A stretch of DNA of 64,000 nucleotides, taken from NCBI RefSeq assembly GCF_009914755.1, contig NC_060931.1, one strand, 5' to 3'. How positions within the stretch are numbered: position 1 is the stretch's first letter; each line of letters begins with the position of its first letter. A program made the translations under genes and the position numbers. The notes beneath the pieces were generated by a model. The model saw only the letters and a list, made by a program, of their open reading frames with translations. It made no database searches and had not been told where the DNA came from. This document shows positions 37,868 through 53,393 of the stretch, piece after piece. This DNA comes from the human T2T-CHM13v2.0 reference genome, Homo sapiens.

Positions 37868-40800
37868 TCTTTTTAATTAGGTTAATCTTTTTATTTTGAG
37901 ATAGTTGTTGATTCACATGCAATCTCTATTTCTGCAAGTTCTCTATGTCTGTAATTTTTGTCCTCTAGAGAATGCTATTTATATGGAATAATACATTGTT
38001 AGTCTTTGGGGAATGACTTTTTTCACTCACCATAATTCTTTAAAGATTCATCCAAGTTGCTATAAATACATCAACAGCTCCCTCCTCTTTAATTGCTGAG
38101 TGGTTTTCCATGTTATGGATGTACCACTGTTTGTTTAACCATTTGCCTGTTGAAGAGCATTTGCACTGTTCCAGTTTTTGTTTATTATGATTAAAACTTC
38201 TGTGGATATTCATGCACAGATATTTGTATAAACATGTTTTCATCTCTCTGAAATAAATACTCAAAAGTGCAACTGGTGAGTCATATGATAGTTGCATGTT
38301 TTGTTTTTTTAAGAAACTGTCAAACTTTTTTCCAGAGTGGCTGGGCCATTTTACATTCCCACTAGCGGTGGTGTCTGGATGATCCAGTTTTTCCACATGC
38401 TTGCCATCATGTGTTAGAATCACCATTTTTCAATTTTAGCTCGTATGATGGCTGTGTAGTGTCATAACAGTGTGGTTTTAATTTGCTCTTTCCAAATAGC
38501 AGATAATAATGTTTAACACTTGTCATGTATTTATTTGCCATCTTCATATTCTGTTTGATAAAAAATCTCTTTCTATCCTTGGCCCACTTTCGTATTTGAT
38601 TTTTTTATTGTTGAGACTTGAGAGTTCTTTATGTATTTTTGATGTTCGTCCTTTATCAGATATGTGGTTTGGTAACATGTTCCCCCATTGTGCAGCTGGT
38701 CTTTTCATCCTCTTAACAGGGTCTTTCACGGAGCAAAAACTTGTAATTTTGATGAAGTCTGCTCTATCAATTTTTCCTTTTATGGATCATGCTTTTGATG
38801 TCAAGTCTAACAACTCTTCACCAAGCTCTATGGATTCAAAAGATTTTCTCATACATTTTATTCTAAGTATCATAAGTGAATGTTTTGCATTTACATCCAT
38901 CATTCCTTTTGATTTAATTTTTGTATAAGGTCTGAGGTTTAGATCAAGATTGTTTTTTACCTATGGTTGTCCAACTGCCTTGGCACCATTTGTTGAAAAG
39001 AGTATGCTTTCTCCACTGTTGATTTTCTATTTTTTCCATTAATATATGTTTCTGTGTCTCCACCAATACCACACAGTTTTGATTAATGTAGGTATGTAAT
39101 ACATCAAAATAGAATCCGCTACTTCTTATCACTTCATTCTCCCTGTTCAAAATCGTTTAGCTATTCTAGTGTCTCTGCTTTTCATATACATTTTAGAAAA
39201 TCCCATGTCTACAGAAATTCTTGTTGGGAATTTGATAGACTGACATAAAACTTACAGCAAATTGGGGGAAATTGACATCTTTACTATGTTAAATTTTCCA
39301 GTCCATAAACACAATATGTCTCTCCATCTATTTAGATCTTCTTTGATTTCCTTCAGCATTTTGTAGTTTTCTGCATGCAGATCCTGTGAATGTTTTGTTA
39401 GATTTATACCTAAGATATTTCTGGTTGAGCTATTGGAGCTCGAATTGTGTTTTAATTTTAGAGTACATGTGTTAATTGCCAGTTAACAGAAATAAAATTA
39501 TGTAATTTTTGTATGTTTATCTTTATTCCACTACTTTTCTGTACTCACATATAAGTTCTAATATTTGGGGGATTTTGTTGGTAAATTCCATGGTTTTTCC
39601 TTGAAAACACATGTATCATCTGCAAATAAGAACAGGCTTTTTTTTCTTCCTTTCTGATCTGTATGCATTTTATTTCCTTTTCTGGCCTTATTGAATTGGC
39701 TATACCTTTCAGTCTTATGTTGAATAAGAGTGGTGAGGGAGGACATTCCTGATCTTAAGGGTAAAACATTCAGTCTTTCATCATTAGTATGTTAATTGTA
39801 GGCTGCCAGTAAATTTATTTTTATCAAGTTGAGGAAGTTTGCCTCCATTTCTAGTTTTCTGAGAGGTTCTATGGTAAATGCATCTTGAAATTTGTCAAAT
39901 ATTTCTTCCGCCACCAACTGGTTTAATCATGAGAATATTTTTGCTTTTAATATGGTGAATTACATGGATTTTTAAATATTTAATCAGCCTTGCAACCCTA
40001 CAGTAAACACTACTTGATCATAGTATATAATTATTTTTATATACTACTGAATTTTATTTGCTATTATTTTAAGAATTTTACATCTATTTTAATGAGCAAT
40101 ATAACTCTGTGGTTTTCTTCTGTTATACTGACTGTCTGCTTTTGATATTACAATAATACTATCTTTATGAAGTAAATTGGAAAGTACTCTCTCCTCTGCT
40201 ATTTTCTGGAAGAGATTGTATAGAATTATGTTAATTCTTATTTCAGTTTGGTAGAATTCTCAAATGACATCATATGGGCCTGTATATATTTTTTTTGACA
40301 TTTTTAAATCATAAATTCAATTTCCTAAATAAATTTAGAACTATTCAAAAATTTTTTTCATATTGGGTGAATTGCACTAGTTTGTGCTTTTTAAAAAGTG
40401 GGTCCATTTCCTCTACATTGTCAAATTTATTTGAGTGGAATTAATCATGGTATTTTCTTTTTGTCCTTTTGATGTCTACAGTATTTGTAGCAATATCTCT
40501 TATATAATAACTAATGCTGGCATTTTTGTGGCTTCTCTGTTTTTCATTATCTGTCTTCCTAGAAGATTATCAGTTTTAAAAATCATTTCAAAGAACGAGC
40601 TTTTTATTTCACTTATTTTCTTTATTACTTTTATATATTTTCAACATCATTGATTTCTGCTCTTATCTTTTCTATTTCCTTCCTTTTGCTTGCTTTGAGT
40701 TTATTTTGCTCTTTTTGTCTAGACGAGAGATTAGACAATTGTTCTGAAACCTTTTCTGTTTCCCAATGTTCATTTACTGTTATAAATTTCCATCTTGGGG

Positions 40801-43800
40801 CTGCTTTAATTAGATCCCACAAAATTAACAATGTTGTATTTTCATTTTCTTGCAGATCAATGTATTTTTTATTTCTACCAAGATTTCCTTTTTGACCCAT
40901 AATATTTAGAAGTGTGTGTAATTTCTGTGTTTGGAAATTTTCTTGTTATTAATTTCTAGTTTAATTTCAATTTGGTTAGAAAACACATTTTGTAAGATTC
41001 CAATTCTTTTAAGTTTGTTAAGATTTGTTTTATAGTTCAGGTTATGGTGTACCTTGATATATACTTAGTGAGCTTTAAAAATATGTGTATTCTGCTGTTT
41101 CAGGATAGAATATTCTATACATGTCCATTAGGTCTTGTTGGTTTATGGTGTTGTTAAGTTTTTTTATATCCTTGCTACTTTTCTGTCTAGCTGTTTTATC
41201 GATTGAGAGAGGGATATTAAAATCTCCAACTATAATAATGGGCTTATCAATTTCTCCTATTAGTTCTATCAGTTTTTGTTTTATGTATTTTGAAGCTCTG
41301 CTTTTGGTGAATATACATTTAGGATACCTACATCTTCTCAATGAATTGACTTTTATCATTTTTAATATCTCTCTCTGTCTCTGGTAATTTTTTTCTCTAA
41401 AGTCTACTTTATCTCATATTAATATACCCACTCCTTCCTTCTTTTGATTAAAGTTTGCCTGGTAAATCCTTTTTTATTTTAATTTTCTTTGCTCCCAACC
41501 TAGATTTATGATTGTATTTAGAGTGAGTTTCTTGTACACAATAAATGGTTGGTTCATGAAGTTTTTTAAACCACTCTATCAATCTCTGACTTTTAATTGC
41601 TATGTTTTTAGGCCACTAACACTTAATATAATTATTGTATGCTAGAGCTTACATCTGCCCTTTTACTTTTTGTTTTTTCATTGTTTCCTTGGTTTTTCAT
41701 GTTTTTCTTTTTTTTTTTCCTGCCATTCCCTTGGTTAAACATTTGTTTAGAATACAGTTTTGATTTGTCTCATGTTTTTGAGTGTATCTCTTTGATGTTG
41801 TGCTGGATATAAATAATCACAGTCTACTGGTGTCTTCATTTTATCAGTTTGAGTGAAGTGTAGAAACCTGACCTCCCTTTATTCCTCTTTAACCTCCCCT
41901 ATTTATAAAACCATTATCTTAAATATTTCCTTTATATTCATTTTAAAACCACATCAGACAACATTATAACTTTTGCTTTATGTAACAATAATAACATAAA
42001 ACTCAAAAGAGAAAGACAATGTATTGTATTTACCTATAATTTTACCCTTGCCATTGTTCTTTTTCCTTTTGATGTTCTAAGATTACTTCCTTTATCATTT
42101 CTTTTTTGTCCAAAAAAAAAATTCTTTAGTCATTCTTTCTGGGTAGTCCTGCTAGGAAAATTCTCTTAGTCTTCCTTCACTTGAGAATGTCATGATCTCC
42201 CTGTCATTCCTGAGAATATTTTTTCTGAGTACCAAATCCTGAGTTGACTGTTCTTTTCTTTCTGCACTTGGAAAATGTTGTACTACTTCTTTCTGACCTC
42301 CATGGTTTTTAATGTGAAATTTACTATCATTGAAAAATTGCTCTTCATTGGTATTGTTTCTCTTTCACTGATTTAGACTTAATTTTATTTTCTTTGTCTT
42401 TAGTTTTCAGAAGTTTGACTGTGATGCGTTTAGTGTAAATTTATTTGTGTTTATCCTTTTTAGGATTCTCGCAGCTGCTTGTTTTTGCAGGTTTATGTCT
42501 TTTGCTAAATTTGGAAAATTTCAGCCATTATTTCAACAATTTCTCTGTCAGTTTCACCCTCTTTCTCCTCCCCGTCAGGAATTCCAATTACACAAATATT
42601 AGATTGCTTTTGGTCACAGTCTCACAGATCCATATGGTAAAAATTTTTTTTCAATTTTCTTTTTATCATTCATTATGGATAATTTCTATGGTTCCATCTT
42701 CACATTCTCCAGTTTTTCCCTTTGTACTGTCCATCCTGCTATTAAGCTCATCCATTGAGATTTTATTTTGGCTAGTATATTTTTAGTTTTATAATTTCCA
42801 CTTGGTTCTCCTTTATGTCTTCTAGAGCATTGTTGAATTTTTTGCTTCTTTGCTGAGATGTTCTATTTTTTCATTTGTTCCAAGCATGTTTGTACTTAAT
42901 CATTGAAAAGATTTTATGATTATTGATTTAAAACATTTTTAGCCAATTATGACATCTAACTTCTCTATTATCTCAATTTTAAGATGCAATGATGGTCACT
43001 CTTCATTCAACTTTAGATTTACCTAGTTATTGGTCAGGATCTGATGAGTGATTTTTTAACTGAAACCTGGATAGTTTTAGTATTATGTATGGTACTCTTA
43101 TTTAAACCTTCTGTTTCAGCAGCTTCTTTTGACACTGCTGTGATAGTGAGGGAATGAGGGGCAAGGCAGGTGGAGCAGGCTCCTTAGTGCTACCTGAAGT
43201 AGAAGTTCCCCACTGAGCCTCAGTTTACATCAAAAGTGGAGAAGGTTCCTGATTACTGCCAGCTGGAGGTAGGATTTCTAGCTCCCCACTCGGCCTCTGA
43301 TAATGCCACCTTAGCTGGCAAGGATAAGACTAACTTTTTACTAATACCACGGAGTGGGTAGGTGGAGTCGTCCTCGTTAACACTGTGTGGTTCTGAAAGT
43401 AGAGACTTTCTACGAGGCCTCCTTTGAAACCATCCTTTTGGGGAACAGGATGAGTAACTCATTACTGCCAGTTGGCTCTGGGTCCTTATTCAGGTTTCTC
43501 TGACTTCAGCCTGCAGGGGAGGTGGGAGGAAGATTGGGGTTCTCATTAAAGCCTGGTGAGGGTGGAAGTCTAGGCTGTTCACTCAGCCTTCACTAGTGTG
43601 GATGCAGAAGCAGCCATGGGATTTTTTCCTACGGTGTTTGACTGGAGTAGAGGGGTTGCTGTCTTAAATTGTTATGCTTTGTGAGGCTCCTCCTTTCCTG
43701 GATCTTTGTCTAAAAACAGCAAACATCTGTTAGACATTTTTTGTGTGTATATATTGGTGTGTTGGATTTCTGGCTTCTTCAATTCTGGTATTAATGAGGC

Positions 43801-44270
43801 AAAAAAGCAAAAAGAGAACTCACGATCTCAAAATCCTTAGCTGTTATGGACCAAAAGTTTGTATCTTCCCCCAGTACGTATGTTGAAATCTCTAATCCCC
43901 AATGTGATGGTATTTTGAGTTGGGGCTTTTGGGAGGTAATAGGTCACAAGACTGGAGCCCTGAGGAACAGGATTTGCACCCTTATAAGAAAAGATGCAAG
44001 AGAAATGGTCTCTCTGCATGTGAGGACATAGTGAGAAGAAACCATATGCAAATCAGGAAAAGGATCATCATAAGACACTGAATCTGCCACCCTGAACTTA
44101 GTCTTCCCAGCCTCCAGAACTGTGAGAAATAAATATTTATTTTTTAAGACAACCAGTCTGTAATGTTTTGTTACAGTAACCTGAATTGACTAAGACACTA
44201 GCTATTCTGCCTCATCTTTCTATCTTTCAGAAATTCCTTATGTTCGTTTTACATATAATGTCCAATGAGC
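37868..44270 (-). mobile_element. Long degenerate L1 (L1MC/L1MD-type), interrupted near its 5' end by a MaLR LTR
   Basis: 3' end tttttattttgagatagttgttgattcacatgca. ORF2 remnants LFLFADD (39558-39746) and endonuclease IIIVGDFNIPLS (41075-41359). ORF1/5' region to about 43830. Confidence 0.88.
43842..44197 (+). mobile_element. MaLR solo LTR (MLT1A/B-like) with 5-bp TSD
   Basis: TGTTATGG...GACTAAGACA termini, flanked by TTAGC (43837-43841) and CTAGC (44198-44202). Confidence 0.9.
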
Positions 44271-44276
44271 CAGTAC

Positions 44277-44469
44277 TTTCTTTTTGTAAGACAGGGTCTC
44301 TCTCTGGCACCCAGGGTGGAGTGCAGTGGCATGATTATGGCTCATTACAGCCTTGATCTCCTGGGCTCAATCAATCCTCCTACCTGAGCTTCCCAGGTAG
44401 CTAGGACTACAGGCACATGCCAGCATGTCTGGCTATTTTTTATTTTATTTATTGTTTTTGTAGAGATGA
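44277..44469 (-). mobile_element. Partial AluJ (right monomer plus linker)
   Basis: agacagggtctc..cagccttgatctcctgggctcaatcaatcctcc are J-type motifs. Confidence 0.88.
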
Positions 44470-44748
44470 AGCAGAAGTCCAAAAATTTACTTTAATATAT
44501 AACTTATTTATAAACTAGGCAATGTTATTTTAAAATATGAAAGGTGTGGAAACCATAATGTTGCATCTTTTTTGCAACCAATTTTCATATATTTATATGT
44601 AAGCACAGGAATTAGTGGTAGTAAAAAAACAAATGCTTTTGCAGTCGGGTGTGTGCATATAAAATGAAAATTTTATATCTGTGTCTGCTATGTGTCAAAG
44701 TATCTGTAATGTCTAAACCCAGAATTTTAAGCACTTGAAAGCAAAGAG

Positions 44749-45049
44749 GGCCCGGCGCGGTGGCTCACGCCTGTAATCCCAGCACTTTGGGAGGCTGAGG
44801 CGGGTGGATCACAAGGTCAGGAGATCGAGACTATCCTAGCTAACATGGTGAAACCCTGTCTCTACTACGAATACAAAAAATTAGCTGGGCGTGGTGGCGG
44901 ACACCTGTAGTCCCAGCTTCTCAGGGGGCTGAGGCAGGAGAATGGCGTGAACCCGGGAGGCGGAGGTTGTAGTGAGCCGAGATCGCGTCACTGCACTCCA
45001 GCCTGGGTGACAGAGCGAGACTGCTCTCAAAAAAAAAAAAAAAAAAAAA
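44749..45049 (+). mobile_element. AluY-like, full length
   Basis: GAGATCGAGAC and GAATGGCGTGAACCCGGG; many CpGs retained; TSD AAAGCAAAGAG at 44738-44748 and 45050-45060. Confidence 0.96.
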
Positions 45050-45124
45050 AAAGCAAAGAGGATCCAGCTTAATGATTTTTAGCAGTTTTATGCGATATAG
45101 ATTCTTTATTCGCTTTCCACAATT

Positions 45125-45480
45125 ATTCAAATATTTATTTTATTCTTTTATCAAGTACTTGAGTAATACTCTGTACCAGTCATTGTCTTAAGCACACAGA
45201 ACTACAGACTTTGTCTCTGTAATCAGGTTTAGGAGACAGAAGTTAATAAATGATTACAATGCAAAGTGACTTATTCAAAAATAAAAGCATGTGCAATGAT
45301 CTATAATATCATTGAGAGGAAAAGTGAACACCTTTCCTTCTTGAATGAGCTAAGGATGGCTTCTAGGAGGAAGTGACTCCTGAACTAGATCTTAAAGAAT
45401 GAGTGAGATTTCTGTAGATGCAAAAATAAGGGTATTCCACCCAAAGGAAATAGCAAGAACACAATCTAGAAACACAAAAG
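45125..45480 (-). mobile_element. L2 fragment
   Basis: tttatttattc..aagtacttgagtaatactctgtaccagtcattgtcttaagc..ggatggcttctaggaggaagtgactcctgaactagatcttaaagaatgagt. Confidence 0.75.
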
Positions 45481-45701
45481 AGCACAGAATGTCCTATGGA
45501 AAATCATACTCTTCTGGGACTAAAACTAGCCCATGGAGAACACCGGAGAATGGTAGAAAAAATTAGCAGGAGAGTGTAGGCTGTGAGCAACAGGGAGTAT
45601 AAATAAAAATCAAGAATTTTACTCAGCACAGTATTAGATGAGTATGCCTGAAGAATAGAAACCTGACCTTATTCTTTAAATCCTGTCCACCCTACTCTCT
45701 C

Positions 45702-45921
45702 GAGGATTTTTCAGCTTTGGCACTATGGACCTTCTGGATGAGGTAATTCCTGATGGTGGCGCACTGTCATTTGCATCGTAAGATATTTAGCAGCTTCTGT
45801 GGTCCCTAATCACTAGATGCCAGTAGAACTATTCCCGCCTCCGACTTGTGACAATTATTTGTCTCTAGAGATTACCAAACACCTCCTGAGGAACAAAATC
45901 ACTCTGATTTGAGAACCACTG
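45702..45921. mobile_element. MER20 (hAT-Charlie)
   Basis: ggcactatggac..agatatttagcagc..cactagatgccagtag..ttgtgacaa..tttgagaaccactg. Confidence 0.85.
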
Positions 45922-45997
45922 ATCCCATATTAAAGGTCCATGCCTGTCATATAGTGCTCAACGAACAATGGTTAAATCCACGGTCACCATTGCTTTA

Positions 45998-46528
<531 letters not shown>

Positions 46529-46759
46529 CTATAGCTGAGCTACTTCACATAATAAACTAAGAACCGTATTCACTCACATCTCTAATTTTTCTTAGCGCTA
46601 AGCTAATTATGGTTTAAGAGAGGGATATTCAAAGTTTCTCAATTTTCTTTATGATTGGTTAATATATTAGCATATTCATGAAAATGACTTGATCAAATAG
46701 CTACCTACATAAACTATGGGGCCTGAATTTTGGAATGCGTTTTGCTTTTAAAATCAACC

Positions 46760-47210
46760 ACATATGTTTTTAGAAGTTCATCACTTTGCCAATGGGAGGG
46801 ACTCAATATGCACTTTATAAGTGACTGAATGACTGAAGGAGTGGGGAGATGAATCAATCATCCTAAAAAATATGATCAGCCATTTCAAAGTGGCATTCTT
46901 GATGCGTTTTCCTTTTATGGCAAGGCAAACACACAAAGTTCCCTGTGTAAGACAGAATGCATTTATTATATGGCTGGTAACGATTAGGGCAGTGCTATAT
47001 AGCCACGAAAGAAAATCATTCTCTGAGAGAAGCGAACGTTCAAAACCTAAGCCTGTGGTTTTGACATTATTAGTACCACTCTACCTGCTTAAGCATTGAC
47101 AAATTATTCAGTAACAGATAATGACTGGCTGGGGTGGCAAACATAGATGCTACTACCTCCATAATTGCACAACTACATACTGTAAAATTGCATTATGCAA
47201 TGGAGTCAAG
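46760..47210. promoter_or_regulatory. Candidate intronic enhancer
   Basis: No recognisable repeat. CArG CCTTTTATGG at 46911, PBX-type ATCAATCA at 46853, RUNX TGTGGTT at 47054. Motif evidence only. Confidence 0.35.
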
Positions 47211-48576
47211 TTAAATAGGGTATAATAAAATAAACTTGTTTTGTATTTAGACAGAACTTTGCAAAGTTAACAATTTCATTTTCATCTGAAGCAAGTCCAT
47301 CCTTACACCCTGGAATTAAAATGAAAAAGATCAGTGTTCCCCCACCCCCCACCCTACCAATTCCATTTATTCTCTTTACTGGTGTTGACTAGGAAAATCT
47401 CGAACAGAAAATTAGCACTACTACTGCTAGTTACATTTCAGTTAATTTTTGAGAAGGAAAAATAAAATCAGTCAAAGTCCATTATCTAGAGAATTCTAAT
47501 TTAGCAACTTTGAGGTCTTCAAATAAGAATGTAATATTAATGTCATACATAATATATTTTCTTTAGGGATGTGTATTAGTTATAGGGGTTTTCAGTTCTC
47601 CATTTTCTTAAACTAAAAGCAATTAAGTAGATAGGGAAGGAAAGATTGAGACAATTCTACTTATAGTTAATTTTAAAAATCTGTATACCAAACTGCTCCA
47701 ATAGCATGAATATCAGCTGCACAATAGTCTAATGAGATTTGAACTGTCAGCAGAACAGAACTTTTGAATGATACTAGATTCAAAATAAAAGAATAGAGAC
47801 AAAAGGACTGGGAAAATTAAACATATTTTGTAGTTGCCAGGCAATATAATTTTTCAAGGTTGAGTAATGCATTCATCCCCTATAGGAATAAGCAGACTTT
47901 TAGTTTCCATAGTGTTATAAGCCAAATTTTGATATTTTTGGCTTAGAACAATGGAGCAGGCCCCCATTCCTTCAAAGTTTTTCCACATCCTCTTTAAAAG
48001 TGCAGTGACTGGGAGTATTTTTGGTAATTTATTTGTATTTCGTACTGAGATTTATAAAAAATGAAACCACTCCAAAAGATTCATGACTGAATGCAGGACA
48101 TATGAAAATTTAAAAGCACAGTTCATTAAACCAATCAATGATTCCCATGATTAGAAAATAATCTAACAGACAGTGCATTTTGTTCTGGAGGTCAAAGTCT
48201 AAGTTATTACCAATACCCTGGGAACAGAAGCCCCACAATTAAGAGGCCTCCATACCATTTTATCAAATAATTCAAGGATGTAAGTAGCATGAAATATACT
48301 AACATAGTGGTCATTCTCACATCTATAAATAACCAATCTGTAAATCTATTCTACAGATAGAACACTAGCGTCCCTACTGAAGTTCCCAGTGACTGAGGCC
48401 ACACAGAACACACAGACATGACACTCTTTCACAGCCACAAATAACATTTTATTTTAAAAATATCAGAGATTTCTGAAAATCAATATAATTATAAATTCAT
48501 TATTGAAAATTAATGAGTAAGAAGACAAAATTTTCCAAAAAGATGTAAGAACTCATCTTGTGGCCAACTGTGTTAA

Positions 48577-48909
<333 letters not shown>

Positions 48910-50311
48910 AATAATCTTTAATATATAAAAATGACATAGCACTAAACTTATTTTTTGAAAGACAAAAATAACATGCAAGCTTTCTGAAGGTTGGGACTAT
49001 TATAAATTAAATTAAACGCACTGTGGCAGGCATTTAAAGAGAGAGATGGGCATAAGGCTGGCAGTAAGAAGCAAATCATAGCTCGTAGTAATAGCATCAT
49101 TCCAATCACTAAGCTGCTGGAAGAGACAAAATAACTTGTTATTTGATCTCCTAATTAGGCTCTTGCTCTGTTCAATACTATCTGTTTGAAAATGTATAGA
49201 TAGATATAGATAGACAGACAGATAGATGATAGATAACTGATTTGAGAAGTTTATCAAATCTTGAGAGAAAGAAAATTTTGAGTTCAAATAAAAATTTTAG
49301 TTCAGATCAAGTTTTGTTTTTGTTTTTATTTTCTTTTAGCATCATGATTGTTAAAGCAAATATGAACTACAGTTGGCTGTACTTAAAGACCCAATATATG
49401 TGAAGGAGATAGGTTAAGAGGGATTTACTCTGCTATTGAGACACATAAATTCATTAATAAGAAATAAGGGATTAAACAAAAATATGCTTTTAAATTTAAT
49501 TTTGGGATATGCTTTTGGTCTTCCTCTTAACGTCTGTTTCTTCCCTTTGTGTTGTATTTGCTTTTTGATCTTTCTAGTTGTTGTGGCATTTGGCTTCTCT
49601 TTTTCTTACATCTTACCTGACCTTGTATTTCCCTATTAAATTGCTAGTGAGAATATATGTGCAGTTACTTTGGAGGTACTCATTTATTTTGATTGAGGTA
49701 AACAACAATGAGTCATAGTTCTGAAATTTTCCAACATCAAATATGCCAGCAAACAAACAACAAAAACTCTCAGCAATAGATGCTTGATGTTTACTCCTCA
49801 AGCAAGACCCCACCTTTCTAGTAAAAGCTCCTATATAGGGATCAACTACCATTTGATTTAAAGTAGAATATGAAATAATTTAAAAATAAAAATACTTCAG
49901 GGCTAATTCATTGGGTGGGGGACACAACCCTCCAGCTATAATTCCTAACATTTTCTCTTCAAACGTCCTATGTTCCCACAAATCAGTCTTTCTAATTAAG
50001 AAGTTTGCAAGGGCTGTACAGATTTATTTCTTGGCTTAGTCTCTGCTCTTTTGCTAAATGTCAAGGTTTGAGATTTGTTAGAATTCGTGCTCTGTGGATA
50101 TCTGCTGGACTTTCTAGCAGGTGTGAAGACCCCACCACTCCTTCTGTTGCATCTCATTTCCACTTATTAAATACTTTATCTTGGAGGATGAAGCAAAAGT
50201 GACTTTTGTGTTTCCTGGCAGTCTCCTGTTTCAAAGGACTTAATAGTGATTTGTTTATTTCAGAGGAAATGAACACCAGTCAGTGATGACAGATTTATTA
50301 TTAAGTGGACA

Positions 50312-50312
<1 letters not shown>

Positions 50313-50356
<44 letters not shown>
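50313..50356. repeat. (CA)22 microsatellite
   Basis: Seen directly. Confidence 0.97.
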
Positions 50357-50358
<2 letters not shown>

Positions 50359-51199
50359 GCCTCTACTTTTCTTACAGTTCAGGGTTCCTTCTAACCACAC
50401 TCTAAATGGTCAAGACAATGTTACACATTTTGGCAAACCAGAGCCATGTGATTCAATATCATCAAATCTGTGAATCTATATGATTTCCTCCAGATACATT
50501 TCCAGAATAACCCAGGGAAAATGAAATGAGCAAAGAAAACTAAGTTTACCTTAAAGTATGAAAAAAAAGCACCTTAATCAATCAGCAGCCCTAATTATCT
50601 TTTGGAAAATACTTGAAGGAATATTCAAAGCAAAAAGAGATTAATTTCAGGAATTCAAGTAAGATGTCTGTTATTTAGAAAGAGAATACAAGAAAACCCT
50701 GAAACTCCAGATCCTGAAGTAGTTTTAAGTACAACAGCACTATAGATTTACTTGTCATTTTAGTCACTAATGAAATATATTAATGTTAAGTTGAATTTTC
50801 AAAATAAATTTGAAGAATAAATATCAACTCCAGAATGGTCCAAATTATTCTTCCCCCAAAATGACCAATTTTACCATGTAGTAAATATCATGCAGGTCAG
50901 ATACTGAGATCTCATCAATAAGAATTACATCCCTTTTAGATTCCATTTTAAAAATACTGGCAAAGTAATTTGTAGTATTCATTCAGATCAAGTGGACATC
51001 AGTAATGTAACATTAATTTTGCTAGACTAGGAAAGTAGATTTATATGCTATCTTTACCCTTATTGCTGAAAGCGCGCAGCTGAATAATCCTCAAAGGTAA
51101 AATTTCAGCTACTTGACACCTTAATAAACAAAGAAATTAAATGTTCAAACAGCAGATTATAGAAGATACTCAATGGGATGCTATTATTCCCACCTCTGC

Positions 51200-51310
51200 A
51201 TATATGGTTTTAGGGGTGCCACTTTCTGAGCCTCAATTTTCTCAAATTTAAGATTGAGAGGGTGGTTTTGATGGATTCTAGAACCCCTTCCAATTCTAAC
51301 ATTCTGAGAA
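51200..51310 (+). mobile_element. MIR3 fragment
   Basis: actttctgagcctcaattttctcaaatttaagattgagagggtgg..cccttccaattctaacattctg. Confidence 0.65.
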
Positions 51311-51742
51311 TGTGTTCAAATGTAGACTGCAGGAAGGTATTAACAGCTCTCAAGATAAAGATGGAAATAAAGGAAGAAATGCCAAGACCAATGGAGGGAA
51401 ACTCAGAAAGGGCTAAAAGTCACATAACTTGTTTCATAATTGTCATCTAAAGTCAGTCCTCGAAACATGGGAGAGCCAATACAATGTCATGCCTATAAAT
51501 GTAATTCTCAATGACTTCCATAGGCCTAATCCTCCCTTACCTTATCAAAATGGCATTGATTTCATGCCAAAAATAATAAAGCTTATATATATTTAACCAG
51601 CTATGAAAATCTCCTGCCTTTCACTGTGACTTTATCTAATGATGTCCTAGGAATTGTATTTTTGAAATACAAAGTTTAGTAACCTTGGATCAATTACTGC
51701 TTCACAAACCTTGGTGCATGAGACAAAGAAATATTCAAATGG

Positions 51743-52246
<504 letters not shown>

Positions 52247-52281
52247 TCATGTACTCATCAGCTTTTAGAAGTAGGAAATAA

Positions 52282-52675
<394 letters not shown>

Positions 52676-53393
52676 TCATGTTTGCTGCATTATTATACCC
52701 TCTGTCACAGATTGTCACCATTTGTTTCCATCTTTGGCTTCCCTATTGTACTGCGGACGCTTCCAGAAACCTCAAGGTGTTCTGTTCGTCTTAGTGTACC
52801 CAAAGCGTAGGGCCAAGTCCCTGGAACTTAGGGAATTATGTACAAGTTTATTAATTATGATGCTGCTGAAACACCTATTGCATTGGTGTGTGTGTTGGGG
52901 GACCTAGGGGAGGTAGGCTACAATTTGAAATGAATAACCATTTATGAAAATCATCCTTTTCTGAGCTCCTCCCTTTAAATAATTCATCTTGGGCTAAAAT
53001 ACTAATGTGCTTCCTAAGGTTAATAAGTGATTTTAAATGAAGTATATTTTCATTAAGAGATGTAAAAGGAGAAAGTTTTTACAAGGTATTAGAAGTGTAG
53101 AGAAAATGTGAGGAAGTATTTATATCTGACCTGAGAATAGCTCAGCTACTTAATGAGGAAAATCCCTTAATCACATTGTGTGTGTGCCTCTTGTGTTAAG
53201 CAGTCCCTCCCTAGTTCAGCACCTCTTTAGGACACAGTTAAACAACAGATCCACTTTATTCCATCCCCTTGGAATAACATATTTAAATTTCTTATTGGTT
53301 TAATTCGTTTTTCTCACATCCCGAGTTTTCAAGGTAAAGCCAAGTAATGTGGAAACTACCTATTTCTACTGTGTACTAACATGCATTTAACTA

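Noticed and set aside
38040-43462. ORFs across the second L1
   Set aside because: Fragmented L1 ORF2 remnants or antisense chance ORFs.
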